Assembly (NCBI GenBank): GCA_000091205.1 | Contig: AP006501.2 | Source: Cyanidioschyzon merolae | Taxonomy: Eukaryota | Length of the DNA stretch: 64,000 bases | Direction: 5' to 3' (one strand) | Shown: in pieces, positions 31,581 through 42,000 of the stretch | Position numbering within the stretch: the stretch's first letter is position 1 | How the letters are laid out: every line of letters starts with the position of its first letter | The notes under the pieces: model-generated | What the model was told of the DNA's origin: nothing | The model's input: only the letters and a program-made list of their open reading frames with translations | The model's database searches: none | Program-made: the position numbers and the translations under genes

Positions 31581-32350
31581 TGGTGAACGTGGCGCCTGTA
31601 GCCGTGCTCTAGTATGTACTGAATCACAACGCTAGAGCGGAACACTAGATAAAACTGTACAAGCGCTAACAGCGCTAAAAAGGCAGCCGCTAGCGTCCGT
31701 GAAACGCTCGGTGGTCTTCACCACCAGACGGGAAACGAGTGCCTCGTTGTTACAACGGACACCTCGTTCACAAAACGCTCAGTCGAAACAGCAGAGACGC
31801 GCGCTTTCCCACCGAATACGATGAAGTCAGAAAAGGTCGCTCAGTCTCGCTATGGAGTCAGCGGCACACAGCGTAACAACGTCCACACCGCCGAGTACTC
31901 CCAGCTGGTGCGCTAACTGTGGGTGTACCCGCTGCTAGCAGGTGCCTCCCAGGCTCTCTAGAGACCTCGTGAGTTTCTTTCCGAGAAGCGTCGCTCAGCT
32001 CAGTCCTGTTCTGTGCACGGAACGTATTGGGTCGCGGTTGCCGCTGTCTGAAACCTAGCCAAAGCGCACCACCTTGAACTTTGACCCTTTTCGTGCCTAG
32101 GGGTCGTCCACAGGTAGGCACTGTTGTGGCGTGTTCGCCGCAGAGTTTTCCACGTTTTGGCTTTTATTGGCAAAGCGGAACGAGTTTCGTTGAGTTTGCG
32201 TTCCTGAGGCAGGTACGCTCAGGTTCTGTACCAGAATTAAGAGAATCAGGGGAATACCTATAGGAACTGCACAATATTAGATGCATACCCGCCTCCAGGC
32301 GTTATGATCTTGTAGAGCTATTCGAAGGTGGAAAACGTGTACGCTCCTTA

Positions 32351-32366
32351 CGAAACACGTGTTTCG
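32351..32366. promoter_or_regulatory. 16-bp perfect palindrome cgaaacacgtgtttcg (CACGTG core) upstream of the THADA gene
   Basis: An exact inverted repeat lies about 465 bp upstream of the ATG at 32830. It is followed by a ~50-bp imperfect direct repeat at 32390-32440 and 32474-32524. Confidence 0.3.
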
Positions 32367-32829
32367 TTGCCAAGACTCTTCTAAGGAATAGGTGACTGCG
32401 ATCAGCAATAACGCTAACGAAAAGGCGTGTGGCTCGAGTTAACCAAGATCAGCAAGCGTCCTTTTCACGGAGTAGGTGCGTGCTATTACCAGCAACGTTA
32501 ACTAAAAGGCGTGTGCTCAGGTTTTGCAACGGGAAACGCGTTGCCTTTCCCGGGAACTTCGAGAACGCGCTCAATAACGTCTGAGGAAAGCACATTCGTT
32601 TCTGCGGGAGAAGCGTCACACTTACGTCGTTCTCGTTTCCGTCGGTGCCAGAACAGAGAGGAACCTCGTGAAACGAGATCGGCTTCCTATTCATACTCAA
32701 AAGCTCTGGTCCCGTGTACACATACGAGGGCTCAAGCAGCTCACCAAGGCGTCTCTCTGGACCGCTCAACGTGCGACGGCCTCCGCACTGCCTGCGTTGC
32801 CACCAGCACTCAACATCTGTAACGGTGCC

Positions 32830-35800
32830 ATGTGCCCAGAGACAGCTACGCCTCCGCAGGACGCCACTGCTGCGGCCGCATCGGAGACCTCGGGACCCCG
32901 AACGGGCTGCTGCTCCACAAGCCTGCAACATATGCCGCCCGGGCAGCAGCATGATACATATCTCTGTCGTTCGCAAATCATACCACTCCTGGAATGGATC
33001 GAGAGCGTCTCGGATTGTATGCTTGGAAACGCGAGTGGTAACCGCGTGGACGGCTGCTGCCCAAAGGCGACGGATGTGAACACCAGTCCCGCACCTAGAA
33101 TACCTGATGCGAAAGGCGGGTATCAACGAATCAAAAGCAATTCCTTGACATCAGAAGCGCTGTGCACGGCTCTCCATGCCCTGACAGAGGCTCGAACTCC
33201 AGCTGCCTTCCATGCCTGCACTCGACAAGCTTTTGGCAAGCTCATTGAAACCACGAGAGCGTATGTCGTAAGCGATACTCGTGAGGCGCCCGCGAACATG
33301 TTAGAACTTTTGCTCGATGTACTTTTGCTCACGGAGGTGGTTCTGTTTGGGAGCAATCTCATCTCCTCCTCGTTGCAGTGCACCTGGGTTACTTGGCTCG
33401 ACCGGTGGCTCACCGTCTGGTTGGAACGCTGGGCCGCGGTACCGCGAAACACGGACGCTAGTGCTGCTGTGCGCCAGGTATACCAGCAAGCACGGTTGAG
33501 AGACGTGCTTTACGCATGCGAAACTGTCGCATCTGGTGCATGTCAAACGGGAAAGAACCTAGCATTCGCTTTCGAGCGTTTGTCGTTACATCGAGCTGCT
33601 GGGGTAACCTCGCACGTATCGGGTACGGTGCATCAGGCAGGGTTGGTGACTCATGCCCTGTTGCATCCCGACTCCAAAACATCTCCGAGCGGCACGACGC
33701 TTCCGGGAAGCGCAGCGATGCTGGGTATCGAAAGCTGCCGCTCGTTATTGACGACTCAGGAGCCGCTTACGTCAAGCAGCAGCGGAGTCAGGCATTGTTC
33801 CACGGGCCGTGCTTCCGATTCGTGCTCGAATGCACACGAAGCACCAGCTACTAGAGCAGATGCGCACATGCTATTGCACGACGAGTTCCGGCAAGCCGAA
33901 GTTGACCTGGTTCGAGAATCCGCTGGCAACCATGCGGTAATACCTGCTCCGAACGCGCTTACGTCCACCTTGAGCACGCAGCAATCTACCACGGACGACG
34001 CTCGGAGCGGCTTTGTCTCGACCTGTGCCGTAGGAGCACTACCGCCGTCGTCGCCGACGTCGTCGTCGTCGTCGTCGACACCAACACCTCAACAGGAGGC
34101 GATATCCGCAGCGTGTGCTGCAGCACCAGCCGAGAGCGCTTGTGCACTGGATCATTCAACGCGAGCGAGTGCCTGGATGTGGCTTTTGGTTGTTCTTGGG
34201 CACCTGAGAGGCCCGCAGTCGACACCGTTTCCAATCGAAGATGATAGAAATGAGGCCGGTGTCTTGCTCTGGATGGCCTGCCTGGAACCGGTACAACTCC
34301 GCGGCCTCTACGCGCTCAGCAAGAGCAGCATCTTCCGCGATGCTCTGCATCAGCATAAGAACTGGAATGAGTACGTTCCTCTACTGGTTCATGCCTCACT
34401 GCGGGAGTATGAAGCATTGCTCGCTGCGCGTTGTCGCCTAGAGCCATTCACAGTGGAGACAGCCATGGCCGAAGCTTCCACGCAGTGGAGGCTCCCTCCT
34501 GAGCTGTGCGATGACGTTGCTCGCTGTGCTTGTCGTCTTGCGAGTGAAGTGACTGGCCCAAGCAGCGTGCCGGTGCTTATGTCGCTGCTCTGTAACGAAA
34601 CTGTGCCTCGAAGCGTCAGCTGGAACGCGGCAAAGTCCCTGGCGCTGCTCGACATTCGAGACGGCATAGCACCGTGGCATCGTCTGGAATGTCAGCGTCT
34701 GACTGCCTTCAGTCAGCTCGCTTATCTGCGGAGCAGGCTCGAGCATGACACCGAGGCTACACGAGAACTGCAAACAGGAACGGAGGAGGCCTCAGCGGTC
34801 TCTGCAGATTCGACAGAGGATCCCAGTGTACCAGGAAGGGCACTGGCTACTGTTGCCCGCGCTGCTGATCCTGCTGATGCTGGTGCTTCTTCAGAGGCGT
34901 TTTCCAGAAAGGAGCCGCAGCATTCCTGTTCCTGGCTCGCCAGTGCGGCACAGACGCTCGAGCGACTCCATCACGAGCATCCCACAGACCGTACGCTTCG
35001 CACGGTTGCAGCGGAAACACTTGCTTTGCTGGTAGAAAGAATTCCAGGTCAGCGATATGCCGAAGCGTTACTCCTGCGGCTGTTGATGGAGAGCACCGAT
35101 CTTCCGGATCGCTTCTTTCAACAAAGCATTCAGAAAATGCATCGAGAGACGCTGGTGAGCGCCTGTACGTTGCCGATGCTCCAACAGATCTGGAGCAAAT
35201 GCTGCAGCCTCATGCCCTGTCACTTTCGCTTCCTCCGTATCATGGTCCAGGAAAACGGTGTCGATGCGATGCACGAAACTGCAGACGAGCTGCTGCAGCG
35301 GGCGCTCTTGGCATTGAATGACCATTCCATGATGTTGGTCAAGAGCGCTCTCGGCTTTCTGGAGGCTTGGTACCTCGCGGAGAAGCGTTTGCGAGCGAGA
35401 GGCGCGTCGATACCGACTTCGCGTCTTCTTGTCCGGATTGGTTGTTTCCTCCAGGAGTTTCTTGCTCGGAGTCCAGCGGAGCGCTATGTGTCCGCATCCA
35501 GACTGGGCGTCACGCTACTTCCGATGCTGCTGCGACACGGTGCTACCGTTCGGGAGCTCTGGGAGTGCCTCTGCGGGGCGCGTGACCCCAGAGAAGGCTC
35601 CCTGGAAACCACGACGGGCGCTCCACAGGTTTCTGGGAAGCACTGCGATTCTTCGGCTGATAGAACGCACGAGCACCAGCACCAGCATGAGCAAGTGCGG
35701 GAACGCTTCCATCGTGTCTTGGAAGGGAGCACGCTGCCGTACTTGTTGCTGCTGGTGACGGTCGCGCTCGTGCGAGCACGTGTCGTCACGCGCGTCGAAC

Positions 35801-38800
35801 TTGTTGTTGTTGATGATGTCGAGAGCAACATCGGCGCAACTGAGTATCAAGTTTGTGGCGAGCATCGCCAACATTATCTTACAGCACCCAAGCACGCTGC
35901 CCAGTGCCTTTTTGTGCCGCAATGGCTTGCCCAGTGGGCGCTCGCGCACGCCGAGGACACCATCGCCCTGGATGCCTTGTATCTTCTCACGCAACCGAAT
36001 GTTCTGACGACTGCACCTATTCCATTAGGGCATCTGCAGCTACTGCTGGAGGCATTGCCAGCCTTGACTGTAGGCACGCTTGCACCGAAATCGACGCAGA
36101 TGTTGCGTCAGTTCTTCATCAAATACATGGGTCCAGCTTGCCAGGCGCTGGTGCAGGGCTCTGGCTTCTGGGCGAGCGTCGGCTTCCTGCCAGGTACGGA
36201 CTCGGCTGCGCAGGTACCTGACGCCGAGAGCTGGTCTGCCAAGCGTTCCGGTACATTGTCGAGAACGCGACCGGAGGAAGCCTTAACGAAAGCGGATGCA
36301 GAAGCTGCAGCAGCAGAAGCAACATTCCTGTCCCAGACTCGAGATGTGAACGTATCAGCAAAAGCAACGGCAGCAGCGGGGCCAGGCACGGCACCGGGAA
36401 TGCAAAATGCCTCTGCTGTTGATATTGAAAGTAATGAAGTCATTTCCAGCAACCGCGATCTTTACGCTATACAGCTCGTGCGTTTTCTCAAGAGCTGGGT
36501 CCGTTTGCTGACGCTTCAGATCGGGCCTGGGGTGGGCCTGACCAGACGCCTCGCGGCAATATCTCTCTTGGAATCACTACCCGTGCAAGTCTGGCGATTC
36601 GTGGAGCACCAGTGTCCGCAACATATCCGTATCATGGAGGACTGCATCGCTGTCGCACTGGGGTGTCTTCTGGATCCCTATGACAGCATCCGGGTGCGGG
36701 CATGGGCGTTGCTTCGTAACCTTGCAGCCTACGCTGACCTGAACACGGTGATGAGGGTGCTCGTACCTACGGGGTCTGTTCTGGTACGTTCCTGGACGCG
36801 CAGGAAAGCGGACTCGGGAGCGCTTCTTCTGCGGACAGCTGTCATGTTCATGGACAAGGCTGCGAGCCCCAGGGCCTTGGGCAAGCTTGATGTTTCCCGC
36901 ATATCACTGTGCAACGGGGTCGGCACACCAGCACAGGAGGCTCCCTCGCGAGTTACGCTACTGGAGGCACTCGCTACGATCCTTGCAAACGTTGACATCA
37001 AAAGGCATGGGGTCGTCCTTACCCTGCGGTATTTGCTGGACGATTGTATGGATTCGGCAACGGGGCGATGGATCCAACCTCCCAAACCCAGTTTAGCCTC
37101 GTTGACGCGTCTGAGTCAGGCGTGCATTACCTTAGAGGAGCGCTGTTCCGCTCTATTCGCTACTCAGCACGATGGTTATGAGGCAGCTCTGCAGACGGAC
37201 CCGCTTTCTGAGGACGAAGCGTTTGCGTCTACGGCGTCAGCGGAAGACACCCAAGACAGAGCCCATTGGGAAAACCAAACGAGCAACACCTCTCTAGTTG
37301 CTTCTGCAGAATTGGCGTACGATGCCGACGCAGAGGAACGCGTAAGCGACGACTCTCAGGCAACCTGCGCAGAGTTTGCGCGACGCAGCACGCAGCACGG
37401 CGTCTTTCTCATCATCAGGGAGATTTGCTATATCACCAGCATTATCATCAGACTTCTGTTGGATGAATTTCATCCTGAGGAAAGCCTGGATGAGGCTTTC
37501 GTGGTTCCAAGTACCGCAGATTGGGTAGTAGGCGCTGCGGTATCGGTATCGCCGGCTACTGTTGCCGCTCTGGTCGAGTTTCTCACTGATTTTCTAGCGG
37601 GAATGCTGTTGCGCTATCGACATAGTGGTATTTGTGGCCACGCGTCGATCTGTTGGCGGTCTGTCTGCAAGCAGTTGGTGAAGCATACCGACCCAGCGCT
37701 GCGGGCGCTTCCCAACCGGTGTCTGGACCTCATTGTACAACGTCTGCACCACGGAGGTTTCGCTGTGCTGCGGCGCTCGGCAGGGCTTGCTTACCTTGTC
37801 CAGGGTGTCGTTGCGGCTTCCGCGAATTCTCCCTTGGATGCACTTGTCGATGTGCTCTTGCGGATGGCTCGCTCCTGGTGCGACGGGCAAGCGCTTGGCA
37901 GTGTGCATGCGATGCACATCCTTCGTGCGCTCCTGCAGGACGCATCCTTGACGCAGCGCACTGCACATCTCGTGCCGTTGGCGTTCCAGGTGGCTCTAGA
38001 CGGATTCCAGGGCACTGCTCCGTGGATGATTCGTAACGCTGCGCTGCTTCTGTTGGCTGCCTGCATCCAGCGTATCCTAGGTGGTCAAATCGTCCAGGGC
38101 GCCACGGCATTCCGCGTGACAAACAAGACGAACAGAAGTCATGAACAGGGAAGCTCGGAGCGCACACTGCACGACTTGCCTGGACTCCAGACTCGATCAG
38201 GAGCCCGAACGCGTATAACTGATACCAATACCCAGGCGTTTCGTCTCGAAGCGTACTGGGAAGAGCCCCTGGTGCTCGTCCAGTCTCGCGCACTCACCAT
38301 GGATGTTTTCCTTTCGCGCTACGCCGGAATCCTGGAGTCGTTGTGTCGTTTACTGCAGCAAGCGGCGGCGTCGACAACGTCAGCTTCTGTGCATCCTGGT
38401 GCTTTGACGGCTGTGTATCCAGTTCTTGTGCTGCTGTCGCGGTTAGCGCCCTTGTCGACGTCCACCGACGAGTTGGGCGATGGCGCTGCTTCATCCGCTG
38501 TCGCTTTTCCTGATCGACCAGAGGCGTTGTGCTTTAGCGGTCGCCGCTCTGTTCTTCGAATTCTGCTGGAGGCTGTAGAGCGTCTCACTGTCAGTGCTGA
38601 GGGTGCCGTTCGCAGGAAAGCCGCGCTCTGCTGGGCTAGGATCTGGCAAACCTGCTGCAGTGCGGATGCAGCTCCATGCCTGTGGCCGGACGATAGTACC
38701 GATGCTGCCGCTGTTCAGGGGATTATCTTGCGGCTTCGCTATTTGCAGGCCGTGGGCGCATGCCCATCCAGTGTTCGGGAGGCCTTTCAGAAACGTTTCA

Positions 38801-40839
38801 ACCCAGAGAGCTTCGCGAGACGTTTCGGATTAGATGCCACCATCGAGGCACTGCGTCTGTATGGAGAATTCGGGCTGCAGACAGAACCGTCCCAGTGGCT
38901 CTCCTTCTGCTCCTGGGCGGTGCGTCTGGCCTCCACGGACGCCAGTGTACCAGCCATGATCATGGCTGCTTTAGCGCTGCGGCGTTTCTGCGGAGCCTGT
39001 AGCGCCGCATGCGCTATCCTTGACGACAATGAGTACGCGGAGGAGGCTCTTCGCAGTGCCGGTCCGACGTTCGCAGCGCGGTTCGAAATGAACGCCGCGC
39101 ATGAGGAGCGGGTACCAGCGTCGTGTACAGACGCACTTGTGCTTTCGTATCTGTACTCTGTAGCGGCGACATGTCCTTTACCAGAGTTGGTCGCTACTGC
39201 ACTGCAGCTTGCTCAGGAGCGATCACTGGGCGGTATTCCGTCGGCCTGGATACCGCTTTTGCTGCGCCAGCTGCGCTACAGCTCGAACCTCTGTGTGTTG
39301 GCGGCAGCTTTGCGCTGGATAATCCAAACGTCACCAGATCATCCTGCATTTTTCCCCGCTGTTTGGCGGCACTACCTGGCAGCTGCACACACGAGTACCA
39401 CACTCGGCGACCTGGCCTTGGAAGCGCTTGGTAGTTTGGTCCACGATGCCCCCCGGGCACGCCAGTGGGTCCAAGCCCTCGAGGCGCTGAGGCACTCAGC
39501 GTACGCAGGAACCCCACAGGCACCCCGCGTTTCAGTTGAACGTCGCCTGGCAATGACTCGTTCGTTGCAAAGGGCGTTTTGCTGCAATTACTGGAGGATG
39601 CCGGAACGCACTCTCGCAGCATTTTTTTGGAGCGAGCGCCTACGCATCCACGGGGTCTGCTGGCGCCTTCTCGGTGACGACGAAGAGATCGTCCGGTGCG
39701 AGGCTCGCCGTGCTGTGGCTCTTTTCTGGGGACAGCCTCTGTATGCGACGCTTCGCCGGGGCTACCTCGAGCAGCAACTTGCGAGGGATCTCGTGTACGC
39801 AATCCTCCAAGAGCAAACCGAGATGATTCCTGCACCCTATAATACAGACGACGCAGCGCTATCCACGTACTTGATTGGTACGTGTATTGGGGCGGTGCAT
39901 CAGCACAACTCGTTTTCGAGCCAAGTATCGGTTCAGGCTGCGTTAGAAGGACAGAGTACCATGGAAAGACAACGTTGCCAGAGCAGATCTGGACCTGGGT
40001 ATTGGCATCTATTGTATAGTTCTGATGATCTGCATGTATCTGACGTTGAACCGCTTTCTGCTGAACAGCTAGCGCTCTACGTACAAGTGATGCTGAAGCA
40101 GGCGCGCAATGGACGTCTATGTGTTGGCGGCTCTGGAGAGGCGATGTCTATACAAGGTGCGTTCAGCGCGCATGCAAATCTCTTTCGGATACCGGATGCT
40201 GTGTCTGCCAGGTTCAGTGACAAACGTGCACTGCCACAAACGCCGTCATCGGTACCATGGGCTGCGTCCCAAGCGCCACTTCATGGACAGGGATTTGTCG
40301 ATTTCGGGCAGCACGTCCGAGGCTACGCTTTGGAGACTGTGCGTGCATCTTTTCGGGAACTTTTTGTGGAGACGCTGAAGGCGGCGGCCTCGGAGGCATC
40401 TGCGCCTCCAGCTGAGCTGCGGGAGTCAGTTCCTCGCTGTCCTACAGACGAACGTGCCTTTTCATATGCATCGCTCACCGGTGCAGATTCGCGTCTGGAA
40501 CAGCTTGTGAAAGGTCAGTTTCAGGCAATGCAGGTGCCTGACGTCTTTTCCAAGCGGTATCGTCTCTGGATGCAGCGAGTGATGGGTTTAGAGCATACAG
40601 AGAGCGCGTCGTTGGACGAGTTCTCTGAACTTGATCTGGCACCAGCGCTCTGGCGGTGGAGTCGGTGTACGACACAGCAAATGCTTTGTCCTCAACGTGC
40701 CAATGCTTTGCGTGACGTGGAGGAAGAAAGGCATTCCGCCGCTCGTGCTTCTTGTGAAACAGTGATATCGAACACAGACGATCAGCCTGTTTGGTATCTG
40801 CTTCCAGTGAGCAGAATTGGCGTCAAAGAGAATCTATAG
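32830..40839 (+). CDS. THADA: THADA / Trm732 homologue (large ARM/HEAT-like protein, DUF2428), predicted Trm7 partner for tRNA 2'-O-methylation at position 32
   Basis: A single 2,700-aa ORF contains 'GGFAVLRRSAGLAYLVQGV', the conserved RRSAGL(P) motif of THADA/Trm732. Much of the length is leucine-rich and helical. The track start is GTG at 32668; the first in-frame ATG is at 32830. A (GTC)7 run at 34057-34077 encodes poly-Ser. Confidence 0.65.
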   Translation: MCPETATPPQDATAAAASETSGPRTGCCSTSLQHMPPGQQHDTYLCRSQIIPLLEWIESVSDCMLGNASGNRVDGCCPKATDVNTSPAPRIPDAKGGYQRIKSNSLTSEALCTALHALTEARTPAAFHACTRQAFGKLIETTRAYVVSDTREAPANMLELLLDVLLLTEVVLFGSNLISSSLQCTWVTWLDRWLTVWLERWAAVPRNTDASAAVRQVYQQARLRDVLYACETVASGACQTGKNLAFAFERLSLHRAAGVTSHVSGTVHQAGLVTHALLHPDSKTSPSGTTLPGSAAMLGIESCRSLLTTQEPLTSSSSGVRHCSTGRASDSCSNAHEAPATRADAHMLLHDEFRQAEVDLVRESAGNHAVIPAPNALTSTLSTQQSTTDDARSGFVSTCAVGALPPSSPTSSSSSSTPTPQQEAISAACAAAPAESACALDHSTRASAWMWLLVVLGHLRGPQSTPFPIEDDRNEAGVLLWMACLEPVQLRGLYALSKSSIFRDALHQHKNWNEYVPLLVHASLREYEALLAARCRLEPFTVETAMAEASTQWRLPPELCDDVARCACRLASEVTGPSSVPVLMSLLCNETVPRSVSWNAAKSLALLDIRDGIAPWHRLECQRLTAFSQLAYLRSRLEHDTEATRELQTGTEEASAVSADSTEDPSVPGRALATVARAADPADAGASSEAFSRKEPQHSCSWLASAAQTLERLHHEHPTDRTLRTVAAETLALLVERIPGQRYAEALLLRLLMESTDLPDRFFQQSIQKMHRETLVSACTLPMLQQIWSKCCSLMPCHFRFLRIMVQENGVDAMHETADELLQRALLALNDHSMMLVKSALGFLEAWYLAEKRLRARGASIPTSRLLVRIGCFLQEFLARSPAERYVSASRLGVTLLPMLLRHGATVRELWECLCGARDPREGSLETTTGAPQVSGKHCDSSADRTHEHQHQHEQVRERFHRVLEGSTLPYLLLLVTVALVRARVVTRVELVVVDDVESNIGATEYQVCGEHRQHYLTAPKHAAQCLFVPQWLAQWALAHAEDTIALDALYLLTQPNVLTTAPIPLGHLQLLLEALPALTVGTLAPKSTQMLRQFFIKYMGPACQALVQGSGFWASVGFLPGTDSAAQVPDAESWSAKRSGTLSRTRPEEALTKADAEAAAAEATFLSQTRDVNVSAKATAAAGPGTAPGMQNASAVDIESNEVISSNRDLYAIQLVRFLKSWVRLLTLQIGPGVGLTRRLAAISLLESLPVQVWRFVEHQCPQHIRIMEDCIAVALGCLLDPYDSIRVRAWALLRNLAAYADLNTVMRVLVPTGSVLVRSWTRRKADSGALLLRTAVMFMDKAASPRALGKLDVSRISLCNGVGTPAQEAPSRVTLLEALATILANVDIKRHGVVLTLRYLLDDCMDSATGRWIQPPKPSLASLTRLSQACITLEERCSALFATQHDGYEAALQTDPLSEDEAFASTASAEDTQDRAHWENQTSNTSLVASAELAYDADAEERVSDDSQATCAEFARRSTQHGVFLIIREICYITSIIIRLLLDEFHPEESLDEAFVVPSTADWVVGAAVSVSPATVAALVEFLTDFLAGMLLRYRHSGICGHASICWRSVCKQLVKHTDPALRALPNRCLDLIVQRLHHGGFAVLRRSAGLAYLVQGVVAASANSPLDALVDVLLRMARSWCDGQALGSVHAMHILRALLQDASLTQRTAHLVPLAFQVALDGFQGTAPWMIRNAALLLLAACIQRILGGQIVQGATAFRVTNKTNRSHEQGSSERTLHDLPGLQTRSGARTRITDTNTQAFRLEAYWEEPLVLVQSRALTMDVFLSRYAGILESLCRLLQQAAASTTSASVHPGALTAVYPVLVLLSRLAPLSTSTDELGDGAASSAVAFPDRPEALCFSGRRSVLRILLEAVERLTVSAEGAVRRKAALCWARIWQTCCSADAAPCLWPDDSTDAAAVQGIILRLRYLQAVGACPSSVREAFQKRFNPESFARRFGLDATIEALRLYGEFGLQTEPSQWLSFCSWAVRLASTDASVPAMIMAALALRRFCGACSAACAILDDNEYAEEALRSAGPTFAARFEMNAAHEERVPASCTDALVLSYLYSVAATCPLPELVATALQLAQERSLGGIPSAWIPLLLRQLRYSSNLCVLAAALRWIIQTSPDHPAFFPAVWRHYLAAAHTSTTLGDLALEALGSLVHDAPRARQWVQALEALRHSAYAGTPQAPRVSVERRLAMTRSLQRAFCCNYWRMPERTLAAFFWSERLRIHGVCWRLLGDDEEIVRCEARRAVALFWGQPLYATLRRGYLEQQLARDLVYAILQEQTEMIPAPYNTDDAALSTYLIGTCIGAVHQHNSFSSQVSVQAALEGQSTMERQRCQSRSGPGYWHLLYSSDDLHVSDVEPLSAEQLALYVQVMLKQARNGRLCVGGSGEAMSIQGAFSAHANLFRIPDAVSARFSDKRALPQTPSSVPWAASQAPLHGQGFVDFGQHVRGYALETVRASFRELFVETLKAAASEASAPPAELRESVPRCPTDERAFSYASLTGADSRLEQLVKGQFQAMQVPDVFSKRYRLWMQRVMGLEHTESASLDEFSELDLAPALWRWSRCTTQQMLCPQRANALRDVEEERHSAARASCETVISNTDDQPVWYLLPVSRIGVKENL

Positions 40840-42000
40840 CGTAACCGATTCGCAGGCATTGTTCCGCCCCTGGTTGAAAGGGCATGACTGTATTGTACGG
40901 ATGGATATCCGCCCATGCGTGAGATACAGGATAGAAAGCATCTTGCACTATCATGGACATATCTATGCATTCATAGAGGCTTACACGCATAGAGCCGTCT
41001 AGCGGCCTGGGGGCATGCATCCAATGATGGATAGATGATCGGACGCACGTTTACGTGTCCATGCGTGAGCAACAGAATAGGAAGCATCTTGGATGCTGTT
41101 ATACTTTAATAGACATATCTGTAGTCTGACTGCTTGTGCGCGCTTCTACCGTGCCTCCGACGCGATCCGAATCCGAAGCCTGCGGCTGGCGAGATGATAG
41201 CGTTTGGTTTGATCGGGATGTACCTGCTATTCGAGTCCCTGTTTTAGATCGAAACTGTGTGTTTGTAAATGATTTTCTAGGCTGATTAGGGCGATGTTAT
41301 TATGAAAACATTCTTTCTGACTGAGCGTGCGCTCCGCTAAACAAGTCCTCGACGACTCCTTCCGATACGGCCTCGAAACGACCAGCGGTGTTGCCCAGTC
41401 GTGCAAAGTGCCTCGATCGCTCGGCGACGTGTGCAAACATTTCGTATTCGCAACCTGCTGTGCTTCGCCCAGAATGCTGTTTCAGGCTCGGCATTGTCAT
41501 AGCTTGGCGACTGAACTAGAATCCAAGAAACTGTCGGATAAATTGGGTAGCTTCTACGCTCAATCTGGATATATTCAGATATGAATCGCCAATCATGCAA
41601 ACCACGGAGGGAAAGTATTGAATCGCCCGAATGGTATCTACAACGCCGAAGCACACATCCCTATAGATCAAGCAGCAGTTTCAGAGGCAATGCGCATTCA
41701 CAACAGCACATCTCTCGTATGGATCGATGTTGCCCATTTTGGACTGCTCTGGGCACCGCGCATAGTGGCTACGTCGCCAAGCCTTGTTCAGAGGCTCCAG
41801 GTACAGATGCACATACTGGCTCATTCCGCTCGAATCTCCTATCCATATAAGGGCGATCGCTGTTCATGTTCATGTCGAAAAACATGTGGGTATCGCACGC
41901 GCCAGTTTGAGGGCGACGTGGATGCAAGGCACCAGAACATCTCGCGTCTGCTTCATGCGCTGAGGTCAAGTGAGCAAAGGTACTGCTCCGTGACGCGCGC

